Assembly: GCA_030704615.1 (NCBI GenBank) | Contig: CM060734.1 | Location: forward strand, 22,196,001 to 22,260,000 | DNA length: 64,000 bases | Source: Takakia lepidozioides | Lineage: Eukaryota; Plantae; Bryophyta | Reading direction: 5' to 3' | Program-made: the position numbers and the translations under genes | Shown here: one piece after another, positions 1-12,100 of the stretch | Numbering within the stretch: the first letter of the stretch is position 1 | Layout of the letters: each line of letters starts with the position of its first letter | The notes under the pieces: generated by a model | Seen by the model: only the letters and a program-made list of their open reading frames with translations | What the model was told of the DNA's origin: nothing | Databases searched by the model: none

Positions 1-2964
1 GCAAGAGGAGCTGCTCCAAGAAATATCAACCACTTTTGGGATGAAGATCTTTGTTGACAAAAGCAGATTATCTGAATTCTATGCCGATCTGGCTATTGTG
101 GCTCCTGATCTTCTCACTGATGACCGGGACTCAACTCGATTTCATGTGTGTGCCTCTTGTTACATGAGTGAAGAAGAAAAAACCCAAGGGCATAACTTGG
201 AAGATGAAAACAAAGAGAAGAAATTGGAAGATGAAGAGTATGAAGAAGTAGACCCAATAGCTGAGGTTGAGACTACAACCAGGACATCCCAACCCGTTGG
301 ACCTGGATCAAGTGGAGCACTTGGATCACAGGCCAACGAAGGTGTCGGCTCAGGGGGATCAGGCGGGCAGCCTGGATCTGGCTCTGGGGGGACAGGGAGT
401 GTGGGAAGTAGTGCAACTGGAGCTGGGAATACTGTGAATATAGTGAGGCCAGTAGCAGAGAGTGCTCAGGGGCCAGCTCTTGGTGGAAGTTCCACCACAA
501 CTACCACAGGTCCTTAAGGACCAGCACCAGCAAGGGGACCAACACCTGTCAGTGGGCAGGGGGTAGGGCCACAGATGGCGTTACAACCAACACGGGCAAA
601 ACCACCTTTTCCAATATATTCATGAAAAGGGGATCCTGATGTACACATTAGCCAATTTGAGCACATGTGTATAGTGAACAATGAGAATGGCGATGATGCC
701 AAGATGAGACTATTTCCTTGTTCACTTATAAAGAAAGCAAATGAATGGTATGCAAGATTCCCTGATAATCATTTTCTAACCTGGAATGGCTTGAATACAA
801 CATTCCAAAATAGGTTCAGGACAAGTAAAACTGAGGATGAAGTGTATGGAAGTTTACAACAGTTAAAGCAAAAGAAGCATGAAACTGTTGAGGAGTATAT
901 GAAAAAGATGGAATTGATGATGAAAAAGTTGGCTGTTGTACCAGCGCCAGGTTTACAGAAGACTTGGTTTGTGAGTGGACTAAGACCAGAGTTGCAAAAG
1001 AAAGTGGATATGTTACCCCATAATACAGTGGAGGAGGCATTTGAAACAGCGAACAGAATTTAGCAATTGGGAATGCTCAGGAGAGATAAAAGGGATGATG
1101 AGGACTCTGAGGATGAGTCAGATGAGGAAGAAGAGTTTCCCGCCCCTCTCTGTGCTTGTAACAAAAGTGGCTTTCTCTTTCTTTCTCCTGTTTGCTCTTT
1201 GGTTTCTGTGGTTCTACTGCATTGTTTTGGTTATCCCACAGGCCCTTTGGGCCTCCTGGCAATGTTCTCTGTTTCTTTCTTTCTCTCACACGCATTTGGG
1301 AAGCAAGCCCTGGGCTGTGCTCATTTTTGTCAACTTAAACAAGAGACTGACTGTGTCACAGGTATGTGAAGCATTTCCAAAATTGTATGAGCGAGCCAAG
1401 CAGGCATTTGCAGATGCACGTGCAAAACTTCAACCAGAGCCTCTGTTTATCCGCCCCTCAGCTCAGTGGTACACATATGAAGAAAGGCTCCAAGGCACAG
1501 GATGTGGCATCCTTCCTTCCTCAGGAAATTTATTGAGGTGAAATGCACATGACATAGATTAAAAGTGCCTGTGATGTGCATGTTGTGATGAACGTAGATG
1601 TATGGGTTTCTGACATCATGATGCCATCAGCATATATTCATCTCTTTGAGCATGTAATTTACTGTTGCCAGCATCAAACCAGTGAGGATCTCGTTGTCTC
1701 TTGCCTGCTTTGTTCGGAGGAGTCCTTAGGGGGCACAGTAGCAACCTGATAGATTTCCTAGCAAATGCATGAGATCTCTCCCTGACACTCTTGCGACAAA
1801 ATGTTGTTCTTGATAGATGGGTATTACATCCGGCTCCACATCTCTGAGCTGCAACAGTAGATGTTTACTCCTACATCTCATATGTTGGTAGTAACTTAAC
1901 ATGACACTCTCCTGGGTTGCTTGTTTATACTTGGTATCTGCACTTCTGTACAAGTTTTCCTGGATTGGGTTTACATTGTGCTACTTGACTGTCAGGCCTG
2001 AACCGTATCGTCAACGCTTTGTCAAGGCGGCTCCCAAAGGTGCGGAGAGAGACCAGTTTGGAGTGTGGCATGTATGCTTCTCCATGCATTCATCGCGGAG
2101 GGAGCTGGAGACAGCACTTGGTGTACTTTGTCCTCAGGAGGTTATATCCACCACGCCTCACTGTGCAGCCAGTGAGGTGCTACCTCCTGGTGTTCTGGAT
2201 GCATGCAATAAGCGGAAAGGTCCCGTTGAGAAAGATGAAAGAGGTTGTCCACGTACTCCGGATGAATCTCTTGGTTGTGCATCTAGGGCTCCACTGATTA
2301 AGAATTCTAGAGGAGTCTCCTCGTCGATTGCTGCCACTATTGCCAGACATTGGGTGCCACCATCTCCTCCCCTTTCATTTGCTCCCGAGGATGGTGAGTG
2401 CCAAGATAGGGCAGCATTGGTTCCAGGGGGTGTTACAATCTCAGCAGTCCCTCTTTTTCTGTTTCCCTGTCTATTTGCCAAACTGAGATCTTCCCTACAT
2501 CTCCAGGGCGGGTGGGAAATTGGGATCCCCCTTGCAGCCCTCGACTTCTTGGGGTTGGGATCTTGAGTAATGAGCCAGATGAATTATTCAACCAGGCTTC
2601 CAGTCGAGAGCCACTGTCACCCTGCAACTCCAACTTGAAAAAATCGCGACAATTGTTTGTGGGCATGGAAAGAGTGGACGCACTCCATGTTGATGGGGAA
2701 TCATCACCATGTTTTCAATCCAAAAAATGGAAGAAGAGTATTGCTTCCCTTGATTCAATGATATTAGCAGGGACACAGGTAAATACCTCTACACTTGAAA
2801 GTGAGCAAACCAAGGAAGAGACATACTTGATAAAGCAGGGTGGGAAGGTTGTGGACATTGAAGACAGCAGGCGAAGAATGTACAGAGCGTTAAACATACC
2901 TATACCTCAACCACTGCCATCGCTGCTGGACTTGGCAAGTCTCTCTCCACGCAAATTCAGGTAA
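1..2964 (+). CDS. DNA-repair metallo-beta-lactamase/beta-CASP nuclease (SNM1/Apollo-like, Arabidopsis At1g19025 type), 3' part; exons <1-145, 1362-1537, 1996-2393, 2507-2964
   Basis: Spliced translation QEELLQEISTTFGMKIFVDK...STRFH|VCEAFPKLYERAK...PEPLFIRPSAQWY...R|PEP...DQFGVWHVCFSMHSSRRELETALGVLCPQEVISTTP (DRMBL-type HSS motif) and C-terminal MYRALNIPIPQPLPSL. All three introns are GT-AG with consistent phases. The 5' exons lie outside the window. Confidence 0.85.
158..1140 (+). mobile_element. Degenerate Ty3/gypsy-type gag fragment inside an intron
   Basis: Retrotransposon gag-like sequence KGDPDVHISQFEHMC...KMRLFPCSLIKKANEWY...TWNGLNTTFQNRF...LKQKKHETVEEY...WFVSGLRPEL, with in-frame stops near 515, 623 and 1061. 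No pol and no LTRs seen. Confidence 0.75.
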
Positions 2965-4114
2965 TCAGTCTTGTTTAAGCACCAACTTGCTCTCTCCGGC
3001 CTTTTGACTACACCATGGCAGAGCGTGTGAGTAAATTAGATAGTTATCAGTTAGATTTTTGGGTGCATGTTGATGAAGACTTCTCCCATTACATGACAAG
3101 AGTTAGCCACCATACTTGATCTCTGAAAACTGGCCAAGTATTTTTACTCTAGTGAAGAGAAAATGTGTGCTTTGTTCGAGATTCCTTTGTGGGCATCTGT
3201 CAGTCAAGCTTTCTGCAAGGTTCACCTGGATACAATGAAGCCCTAGGAGTTGTATGATACACTAGCACCCTAGCAAAGCCTACCATATTGTTCAATATAA
3301 CCCACCCCTGGGTTTTTGAGTGACGAAAGACGTATTCCACATTGGGATATCGCTTCAAACGTCAATAAAGACTGGAAGTTGTATACAGCAATCGTTGTCC
3401 CTTGCTTTCACAAGTTTCTTCTTGGTCAGTCATGTTCAAATCAATTGTTGCCGGGAGTTTGCTCCCCATTGTGCACTTTTAAGCAGTCATCCCTCCATTC
3501 TAGGTGATTCACATTTTTATTTTAACTTTATTTTAATCATTCTTCTCCTGACTATCTTGAACAAGGGAATTATTTAATTCTGGAAAAGGGGAGGTATGGA
3601 TCGGCTGCCTAAGGATGATACTTGTGAGTTCTCTACAAAACTTGTAGCTTCACAGTGGACACAGAATTTTGGGCGAAATTGTGTACTTCTAACATTTCCT
3701 TTTGAGTTGAGGAGGGGAGACATGCATTTTCAGTTGTTAGGGGAAGAATGGAGATGAAGTCTGGTAGACTAAAGAATTGGGAATGTATCGTATGCCATAC
3801 ACGGCTTGCAGTGCAGTCATTCCCGAAGGGGAAAGTATGTACGTATGTACCTCTGCTCAATGAACGGGAAGAACCGGCAGCCAGTTACATGCCAGCCGAG
3901 TGCCATCCTGGAATTTCCGGGTATGACATGAAACCTCCGGAAAATGAACCGACGGAAAAAATGGCCCAAGAGGAAATCATCCGAGTGCCTGACTCAGAGG
4001 ACGGATTTTTGCCTTTTCGTATCAGTAAATGCCGGAAATATGCCTTAGTTGGCACGCCTGGACGGATTCCAGCCGTTCTTATCTTATAAGAAAACGGAAA
4101 ATGGCCGTTGAATG

Positions 4115-4592
4115 CTGCCACGTGCCGGAAATCCAGCATGCCAGGGCCCAGGCCTGGTTACATCCAACGGACGGGGTCAGGGTGGTTGGGGGCAAACCCT
4201 AGAAGAGACTAGAAGAGCCTTGCCACGTGGCGGAAATCCAGCATGCCAGGGCCCACGCCTGGTTACATCCAACGGACGGAGCCAGGGTGGTTGGGGGCAA
4301 ACCCTAGAAGAGCCTTGCACTCGTTCTTTGCTAAGTCCTTTGCTCACCTGCCGGGCCCACACTTACCACTGGCTGTATGTTGATGTGCTGCCGACGTTCC
4401 CGCCTGCTTGCACTCGCTGCGTGCTACCACACTTCAAGGCCCAGGCATGTTTTCAGCCTTGCATTCGTTCTTTGCTAAGTCCTTTGCTCACCTGCCGGGC
4501 CCGCACTTACCACTGGCTGTATGTTGATGTGCTGCCGACGCTCCCGCCTGCTTGCACTCGCTGCGTGCTACCACACTTCAAGGCCCAGGCAT
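4115..4592. repeat. Subterminal tandem duplications of the hAT element (~105-bp pair and ~145-bp pair; a third partial copy at ~4910-5017)
   Basis: GCCACGTG..GGAAATCCAGCATGCCAGGGCC...GGCAAACCCTAGAAGAG occurs twice; CCTTGCA.TCGTTCTTTGCTAAGTCC...ACACTTCAAGGCCCAGGCATG occurs twice. Confidence 0.85.
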
Positions 4593-5072
4593 GAGTCTTT
4601 GTTTCATTTGGTTATGTCTTTGCTTTTCCTAGTGAGAGGTTATGACTTTTGCCTTTCGAAGTCTACAGCTACATGACTTTCTGTATACTTTGTGCTCATC
4701 ATGCAGTAAAAAGCAAGGGCATTGGTAGGCCTCCCCCTTCGGTTCTTCTACCGTTCTTTCGACCACGGTTTCTGTTGCTTTGCAGCAGGCACAAGCTGTG
4801 TCTATTTTGTGTCGGGCAAAAGCGGCTGGGAGGGCTGCATCTCACCTTGCACCCATTTCTGACCCACCTCCCCTTCTATTTTCTGATTTGTTTCAGGCAG
4901 TTGGCAGGCCTTGCACTCGTTCTTTGCTAAGTCCACATCTCACCTGCCGGGGCCCGCACTTACCACTGGCTGTATGTTGATGTGCTGCCGATGCTCCCGC
5001 CTGCTTGCACTCGCTGGCCCTTCCTTGTTGCAATTTCCGTGCTATAAATTTGTATTTTGTAAGGTCTTGGCT

Positions 5073-7337
5073 ATGGCCAAGCGCCAAAGGAATCTAAGAA
5101 ATATGTTATTTAGGGCTGGTCGCACTGGTGATTGTGATGAGGAGTCTCCTTCCGCTGTCCCCCCTGCCTCATCTTCAAGTGGTATGGACAAGCCATCGAA
5201 TAGTGTAGAGGCAGCCCAGAAAGCATGGAAAGATGTTTGGTACACTCAATTTGATTGGATTGAGTTTAACCATGATCTAGGTAGGGTTTTTTGTAAAGTT
5301 TGTAGAGGGAAAGGAGGGAGGACAGTCTTTGCAAATGCTGGTTCTGTCAATGTCAAGGTGAGTTCATTCCAAGACCATGCTAGGTCAGAAGAGCATCGTA
5401 AGTTCTCTTGGGCCCTACAATCTGGTAAGAAAGCCATGGAGAAAGCCATAGCTAGTGCTAATCGAGCTTGTGATGATGCTGTTTTGGCTCTTTTCCAAGT
5501 TGCTTACTACATTGGTTTGGAGGCCTTGCCATTTAGCAAATTTCCAGGTTTGTGTCAACTTTTGGTTACTCTCAAAGCTTGTATTACCCAGAAACTGTAC
5601 CATGATGAGAAGTCATGTGCTGATATATTGTATTGTATCTCATGTGTTGTTCAGAAAAAGGTATTGGATAGAGTGAAGGATTCCAAGTACTATGGAATCA
5701 TGATAGATGAGTCAACTGACATTTCAGTGACCGGTCATCTTGTTGTTTTTGCTTCTTTTGTTGAAGAGGGTTTGCCAGTCACTCTGTTTTTGGGTTTACT
5801 TCAGATTATTGATGGCAAGAAGGATGCCGCAATGATATATGAGTGTTTACTAACTAGTTTGAAAGAGTGGGGTTTGGATGTAGATAAGTTTTTGGGGTTT
5901 GGTTCGGATGGGGCAGCAACCATGGTGGGGGCTCGATCCGGCGTGGCTGCTCGTCTTACGCAAAAGGTAAACCCCTTTATGTTGGCCGTCCATTGCGTAG
6001 CACATAGGACCAACTTGGCAGCATTAGAAGCTGCCAAGACATCAGCATATCATCTTATTTCAAATGAGGTTGACACACTTTTGAACTCTCTTGCTGGTCA
6101 TTTTCGCAAATCATCTAAGCGTAAGGCAACCTTGCAAGCTTTGCAGACCGAGCTTAATGATGCTCAGAAGTGCCTCAAAAGGTTTCACAAGATTCGTTGG
6201 TTATCTAGGTGGCAGGCCGTGACATCGCTTTGTGATAGTCTTGAGAGTGTTGTCACGTATTTTAGAGATGTGCCGGTTGCCAATGATGATGGATCAGCCT
6301 CTCTTTTGTATAACAAGCTTAGGTCATTCAAAATGATTTATGTCTTGTATTTTTTGGCTGATATGTTGCACGGTCTATCTCTACTCTCACGTGTGTTCCA
6401 ATGGAAGTTTGTGGATGTAACCAGCATTGGGTCCATAGTTAAAACAGAGATTGCACAAATACGAATGTTTTTCATTGAGGATAGCACGAATTTGAACCAA
6501 TCCACCTTCAATGAGGAAATGGGTTATCACATCATCCCGGAATTTGGTCCTCCTGGTGGGTATTTGAGGCGGCTAGCCTCTGAGATTAGGGGATCCAATT
6601 TTCATGGTGTACAAATGACACGAGAGAGGATGGGGGGTGATTTGGAGGCAGCACTTACCTTCCAAAAGCTTTATGCAGAGGCTGTTTGCAATGCTTTGGA
6701 TGCCAGATTTGAGGACAACGGAGTTGTAAGTGCATTCAAAATATTGAGTCCATGTAACCTACCAACTAGACAAGTGGGGTTAGCAAGTTGGGGTGTAGTA
6801 GAGTTGGAAATATTATGTGCGCACTATGGTGTCGAAAGACATATTGCAGGAAGGACATTGCCTGCCCTTGTTGACATAGCAGCGGTGAAACGAGAGTTCT
6901 TTGCTTTCAAACTACAGGCAAGTACCGAGTGGATGGAGAAAACTTTCAAGGATCTTTGGGGCATGGTGACTTGGAACCCTTCTCTAACGATGAAGTATGA
7001 AAACTTGCTTGTGCTTTCTGAAATTGCTCGAGTTCAATGTGTAAGCACTGCCGCATGTGAGAGGGCATTCTCAGTTCAAAACTCAATCAAAACTAAATTT
7101 CGAAACAAGTTGAAAACAAAGAACTTGGAAAGTGTGCTTCGTGTTGCTTTGGAAGGGCCAAGTGTGCAGGCATGTCAACCTGTTTTGATTGAGGCCATAT
7201 CTTTGTGGAAGAACTCCACAAACTTCAGACATTTGTTCTCTCATCCTGAGCTATATTTAGCTGGACAGCCAATAGTTGGACAACCAGAAGGTGGGCCATC
7301 ATATGCAGAAGGTACGAATGATGATTTGCAGTTTTGA
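5073..7337 (+). CDS. hAT transposase (ZNF862/DUF4371-like), ~754 aa, uninterrupted
   Basis: N-terminal zinc finger (WYTQFDW...FCKVC...HARSEEH), IMIDESTD, GFGSDGAATMVG, HCVAH (CxxH), RWLS, and STAACERAFS in the hAT dimerisation domain. ATG at 5073 is in frame with the 4911-7337 ORF. Confidence 0.92.
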   Translation: MAKRQRNLRNMLFRAGRTGDCDEESPSAVPPASSSSGMDKPSNSVEAAQKAWKDVWYTQFDWIEFNHDLGRVFCKVCRGKGGRTVFANAGSVNVKVSSFQDHARSEEHRKFSWALQSGKKAMEKAIASANRACDDAVLALFQVAYYIGLEALPFSKFPGLCQLLVTLKACITQKLYHDEKSCADILYCISCVVQKKVLDRVKDSKYYGIMIDESTDISVTGHLVVFASFVEEGLPVTLFLGLLQIIDGKKDAAMIYECLLTSLKEWGLDVDKFLGFGSDGAATMVGARSGVAARLTQKVNPFMLAVHCVAHRTNLAALEAAKTSAYHLISNEVDTLLNSLAGHFRKSSKRKATLQALQTELNDAQKCLKRFHKIRWLSRWQAVTSLCDSLESVVTYFRDVPVANDDGSASLLYNKLRSFKMIYVLYFLADMLHGLSLLSRVFQWKFVDVTSIGSIVKTEIAQIRMFFIEDSTNLNQSTFNEEMGYHIIPEFGPPGGYLRRLASEIRGSNFHGVQMTRERMGGDLEAALTFQKLYAEAVCNALDARFEDNGVVSAFKILSPCNLPTRQVGLASWGVVELEILCAHYGVERHIAGRTLPALVDIAAVKREFFAFKLQASTEWMEKTFKDLWGMVTWNPSLTMKYENLLVLSEIARVQCVSTAACERAFSVQNSIKTKFRNKLKTKNLESVLRVALEGPSVQACQPVLIEAISLWKNSTNFRHLFSHPELYLAGQPIVGQPEGGPSYAEGTNDDLQF

Positions 7338-7625
7338 ATTTATGTTTGTTTGTTTGTTTAGATAGGTAACGCTTCTAAAATTCAAGGCCCTTCAACTTTT
7401 GGTTGAGGTCCTTGCATTTTAGAAGGGTTCGATCCTTGGCCTCCAACTGGTGGAGGGCATTGACAGGTTCAACTCCTGCCAAGGATACTTTTCTGCACTT
7501 GTTTGAATTGCTTAAAATTGGTTGTGATTATTTATTGTTGTTCATTTGTTGAATTTGTATGCAGCCGAATTTAATTTTCATTTGCAGGAAATGAACCGGT
7601 TGATATGTACAATGGCCGGATTTAT

Positions 7626-7980
7626 AGCCGAACACACCAAAAAAAAAATATATATATTACCGGTTGTAAAACAATATGTAGGAAATTGACCGCCTGAAGT
7701 TACCACTAAGGGGCAGCAGCCGACCCCCCAACCCACTTAGCCGGTTGGTGTTGAAAATGAGCGGCCACTGGCTGGTTCAACTCAAAATATTTCCCGGACA
7801 CTGAGCCGAACACACCAAAAAAAAAAAGGAATATTACCGGTTGTAAAACAATATGTAGGAAATTGACCGCCTGAAGTTACCACTAAGGGGCAGCAGCCGA
7901 CCCCCCAACCCACTTAGCCGGTTGGTGTTGAAAATGAGCGGCCACTGGCTGGTTCAACTCAAAATATTTCCCGGACGCTG
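7626..7980. repeat. Tandem duplication (~178 bp) of the hAT right end including the TIR
   Basis: 7626-7803 and 7804-7980 are near identical, ending in ...TTCCCGGACACTG and ...TTCCCGGACGCTG. Confidence 0.9.
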
Positions 7981-9101
7981 CCTCTGCTCATGTGACTAGT
8001 AGGTACCTAGTATCTACTAGGACTATACTTCAGTGTACGGTTACGGGAGTAAGGCGAAAAATACCTGGGAAAGAAAAAGAATACAAAAAACGTATAAGTA
8101 AGATTCTTACGAGGGCGCGAGTTTTCTACGAGGACGTGGAAACTGCAGGTTCTCCACGCGGCGAGCAATGGCGGCAACTCCTCCGAGGACTGCGCCCTCG
8201 CTCGTCTTGCCTTGCCTTAAGCAGTACAAATTGGAGGGGAGATCTTAGATGATTAGCGGGAGGGTAACACGGGCTCTTCTTTCCAGTTCCTGCAAGTACC
8301 TTCTTATTCAGATACCTACGAAAGATCCAAGTTGAGGAAGTTTGCAATCGTGTTTCATTTTTTTACTCTTGTTTGTTTTGAGTGCTACAAGAAAGTGCAT
8401 TCAAGGCCGAAAGATTCCGGGATTTACACTTTAGGGTAGGCAATTGAGAGACTTGAGCAATCCATCTCGTGCACACAATTGGACAGCAAGGTTTAAAGAT
8501 TGGGCGGGAAAAGAAGGTTTGGAGACCTGTTACACAAACTGCTTTGTTTCCAGAAAAAGAAGGAATCATCTGTTGTTCAGAACAGGAAAATCAGGCTGTG
8601 TTACTCTATTATGCACCTCTTTTAGTCTTTAGATTTTCTCTGGACTCTTGCTCAAGACACCCAACACTTTGTGTCAATCCTTTCCGTGATTTCTAAAACC
8701 CTAGTGACTGTGGCAGCTGGACTTGGCGGATAGGGCCAGCAATTCCCCGATTTCCTTATATTCGTTTGTCCACAATTCATTTTGCAAGTGCATGTGAACA
8801 AACTTGTCATAGTTTTTTGTTAAGATCTTACTGCTAGATCACACGCCAATAGATACCGGTTGGGTTATTTTGACCTGAGAGCGAGAGAAACGTAATAGGT
8901 TGTCCGTTACAACAGCAGTCGGTGGCAGTGCCAGAACATGCACACTGTTTGGCTGCAGAGCTGAATTAAGAAAGATCGAGTTTCATTTATCGCAGATCTT
9001 AGAAGCACCGCAAATCTGGCAATTCTGGAGTTAGTTCTAGATCAAAGGTGTCCACAAATTAAGGTAGAAGAATCAGGAGCTAGCGTTTTTGAGGACTGGC
9101 T

Positions 9102-12100
9102 ATGGCGGAGCTGAGTACCGTTCATCGGTATGCTGCCGGTGGGCTGCTAGCACTAGCGCTCGGTCAGGTGCAGATCCATCAGTGTGTTTTGACATCAAGC
9201 TTTGGCTTTCCTCCCATTATCGACCCTGAAGATGGGCATTTCATTCCTCCCTCATTGAATGGGGAAGATAGCCTTCCATGGAGCTCCAAAGAAAGTGGTT
9301 TGTTGCGTCATATTTTCAGGTCTTCTCCTCCTCGGTCTTTCTGTAGAGACTTCCTTCAATTAATATTTTATAACAAGCAACACAAAAAGGTGCACAAAGT
9401 TTGGGATGTGAGAAAGTACAAAATAGAATACGAATTTGCCATGCATAAGCGGTAAAATTCAGTTCAGATTCATTCTGGATGTTTGATTTCTGCCTTTTCC
9501 CTTTGAGTGCTGAATGTTCACCACGTTTCTCTTTGCCAGAAAAAGGTGCTTTTTAAAAAATGACTGTCTGTCATGACATCGCTGTCTTCAGTGAATTTTG
9601 TTTTTCGCTTCAGACAATAAGTTAATGAGCTGGAGAGAGAACCTCCCTGCTGGCTTATGATAGCTATGCTAGGACAATCTCCACACGGTTGTGCAACATT
9701 TATACAATCTCCGCTAGCCGGAATACTGGTTGTTGTGTGATTTTACATGCCTTGAAGCTGTTCACATGGATTGGACCTGACATGATTGTTCTGGTTTTAA
9801 ATGGTTCAACTTCTATTGGTAAATGTCCTTCATATTTTGTCAGGGAAGTTAGTTTGGCTGGTATGCTCACAATTCATCAGAGAAAATGGTGGAGGCAATT
9901 CAAAGGTGGACATGTGACCTATTAATAAACCTGTTAATAAATAGGACCTAGTTCAGGGAACACCCACAACATAACCAAGTCCATTGATCAATCCACGGTG
10001 CAACTTCATTAAGATACAAGATGTTATCTGTTGTGATATATGTGGAGGAGATATACATTAGATAGGACGAAAGAGAAGAGACAAAATAGAGATGGAGTTG
10101 AAAGAGGGTGTGCGGTTGACACAGGGGATGGGATGTCACAGATACTTGAAGATAGAAGAAAAAGCATGGGTGGGCCTTGAGATTACATCTGTGTCACCAG
10201 ATGCAAAGCACCACATTGGAGCTGTAAGCCTCTTTCTGTCTCACTTTGTCACATGGACCCTTGGAACACCTGTGGCCATTATGCACTTTTTTTTCTTTCT
10301 CTTCTTCTATATTGTGTCCCACAATCCTTCTGGACCTCCAGTGGATGTCATAAACCTCTGTCTTTCTTCTCTCTTTCCATGTGTGCCTGTAAGAAAACAA
10401 GTGTGACGTATGATGTCTCTTCAACCCATTGGGCGACTTCCTTAAAGTTTGGAAGGTTGTAGTAAATAATTTCTTCCTCTCACATTCTTATTTTTGCGAC
10501 AAAAGGTCCAACACCTATTGTAAAGTTCTCTCTCTCTGTTAGTTCTTTTTTCCTCTCTTTCTTGGGTTACAAGGAACGCCACTGTACCTGCACATATGCA
10601 CTCCAATGGGTATCATGTGAAGGCTCTCATATTACTCCAGGTGAGCATTGTGCTGCCTGTAGGAGTGCTTGTCAGACAAGAATCTCTCTGTTACAATGTC
10701 ATGTTGTTTGTGGCAGACATGGAGGATGTTTGCTCAAAGCCAAATTCAGGGCCTTTAGTAAGATTGATGGTATTTGCTTATGTATCATGACTCAGGTTCA
10801 TGATGGGGTTGATGCAGTTTCTGAAGATGCTCTCAGAAGAGGAGACTGACTTATCATCAAGCTCAATTGACCAAGCTCAAGTGGCCTTGGCAAATGCGGT
10901 GGATGCTATGACTATCAGCTACAAACATACATCTGGGGGTGATAGCCAGAGTTGCAGTGAAGGGCAAGCACATCCTGAGGGTAAGGTTGCTGAGGATTTT
11001 ATTAGTTGCTTCTTGAGCGCAAGGGATATCAACAGTTAATTTGAAAAAGCATATGCATGCTATTTGACTGACTAGGCCACATTCCAACAATGTGGTCAGG
11101 ATAGTATTTGACAGAGCTCAACCAAGAGACCGGTGGTTCTTCGAAAATATCAGGTGACGTATCTACAACTGGCTCAAGGAGGGAGAGAGGCCAGCTCAGT
11201 AGGATGAACGAAGTGGATGTCGTGATGAAGCAACGGAAGGTTGCTGTCATGTATGAGCTATTGGCAGCATGTGTAGCAGACACTTCAGAAGAGAAGCATG
11301 GAAGGTCGTTGTTAAGAGCTGGCTATGATGCACGCCAGCGTGTGGCTTTACGCTTGCTTGCAATCTGGCTTGACATTGAGTGGAGCAAAGTGGTGGGTTA
11401 AATCTTGTCTGTTTTCTTTTGTGCACCTTATCTTCATCGAAAAGTCAAGATTGAAATATTTTGTATAAGGAAGCGGGCCCAACAACACCTTTTAAATCCT
11501 GCCCAAGACCTTTGCTTGTGGAAACGAGTTTGCTTTTTTACTTGAATACTGTGTTGGTTTTGAGTGATCCAGGCAGCCATGGAGCTGATGGTGGCGTACA
11601 TGGCCATGGCCGCTCAAAAGGAGAGGGAACAGAGACATGTGGATGATGAAGAAGTGGCTAAGAGCAGGTGGTCAAAATGGAGACGAGGAGGCCTAATTGG
11701 TGCCGCAGCTGTGACAGGAGGGACATTGTTGGCAATTACTGGAGGTACGTCGTCAAATGCCATGACAGTAATCCTTCTGCTCTGACATTGAGTTGGCATG
11801 GACCACAAGCATGGGGTATGACATAGCAGGTCTAGGTTTTTCTTTCTAAGTAAGTTCTTTTGAAGTGAGATCTCCTTCTCTTTAACATTTGTTTGATTGG
11901 GTTCAACAGGTCTTGCAGCACCGGCAATTGCGGCAGGAATGGCAGCCATAGGAACAGCAGTGCCCGTTTTAGGAGCCAGTGGTCTTGCAGCAGCCGCTGC
12001 AGTGGCTGGGTCAGCTGCGGGATCAGTCGCTGTTGCTGCTTCTTTTGGCGGTAACTGTTTTCTTTTATCTCTGCATGCACCACAATACTTTCATGATAGT

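Larger units (their letters stand above)
3858..7980 (+). mobile_element. hAT-superfamily DNA transposon, full length
   Basis: Perfect 8-bp TSD CCTCTGCT at 3850-3857 and 7981-7988; imperfect TIRs CAATGAACGGGAA / TTCCCGGACGCTG; subterminal tandem repeats; transposase ORF inside. Confidence 0.92.

Noticed and set aside
41-517. 158-aa ORF with a Gly/Ser-rich tail as a standalone gene
   Set aside because: It is a read-through from a nuclease exon (ends 145) into the intronic gag relic.
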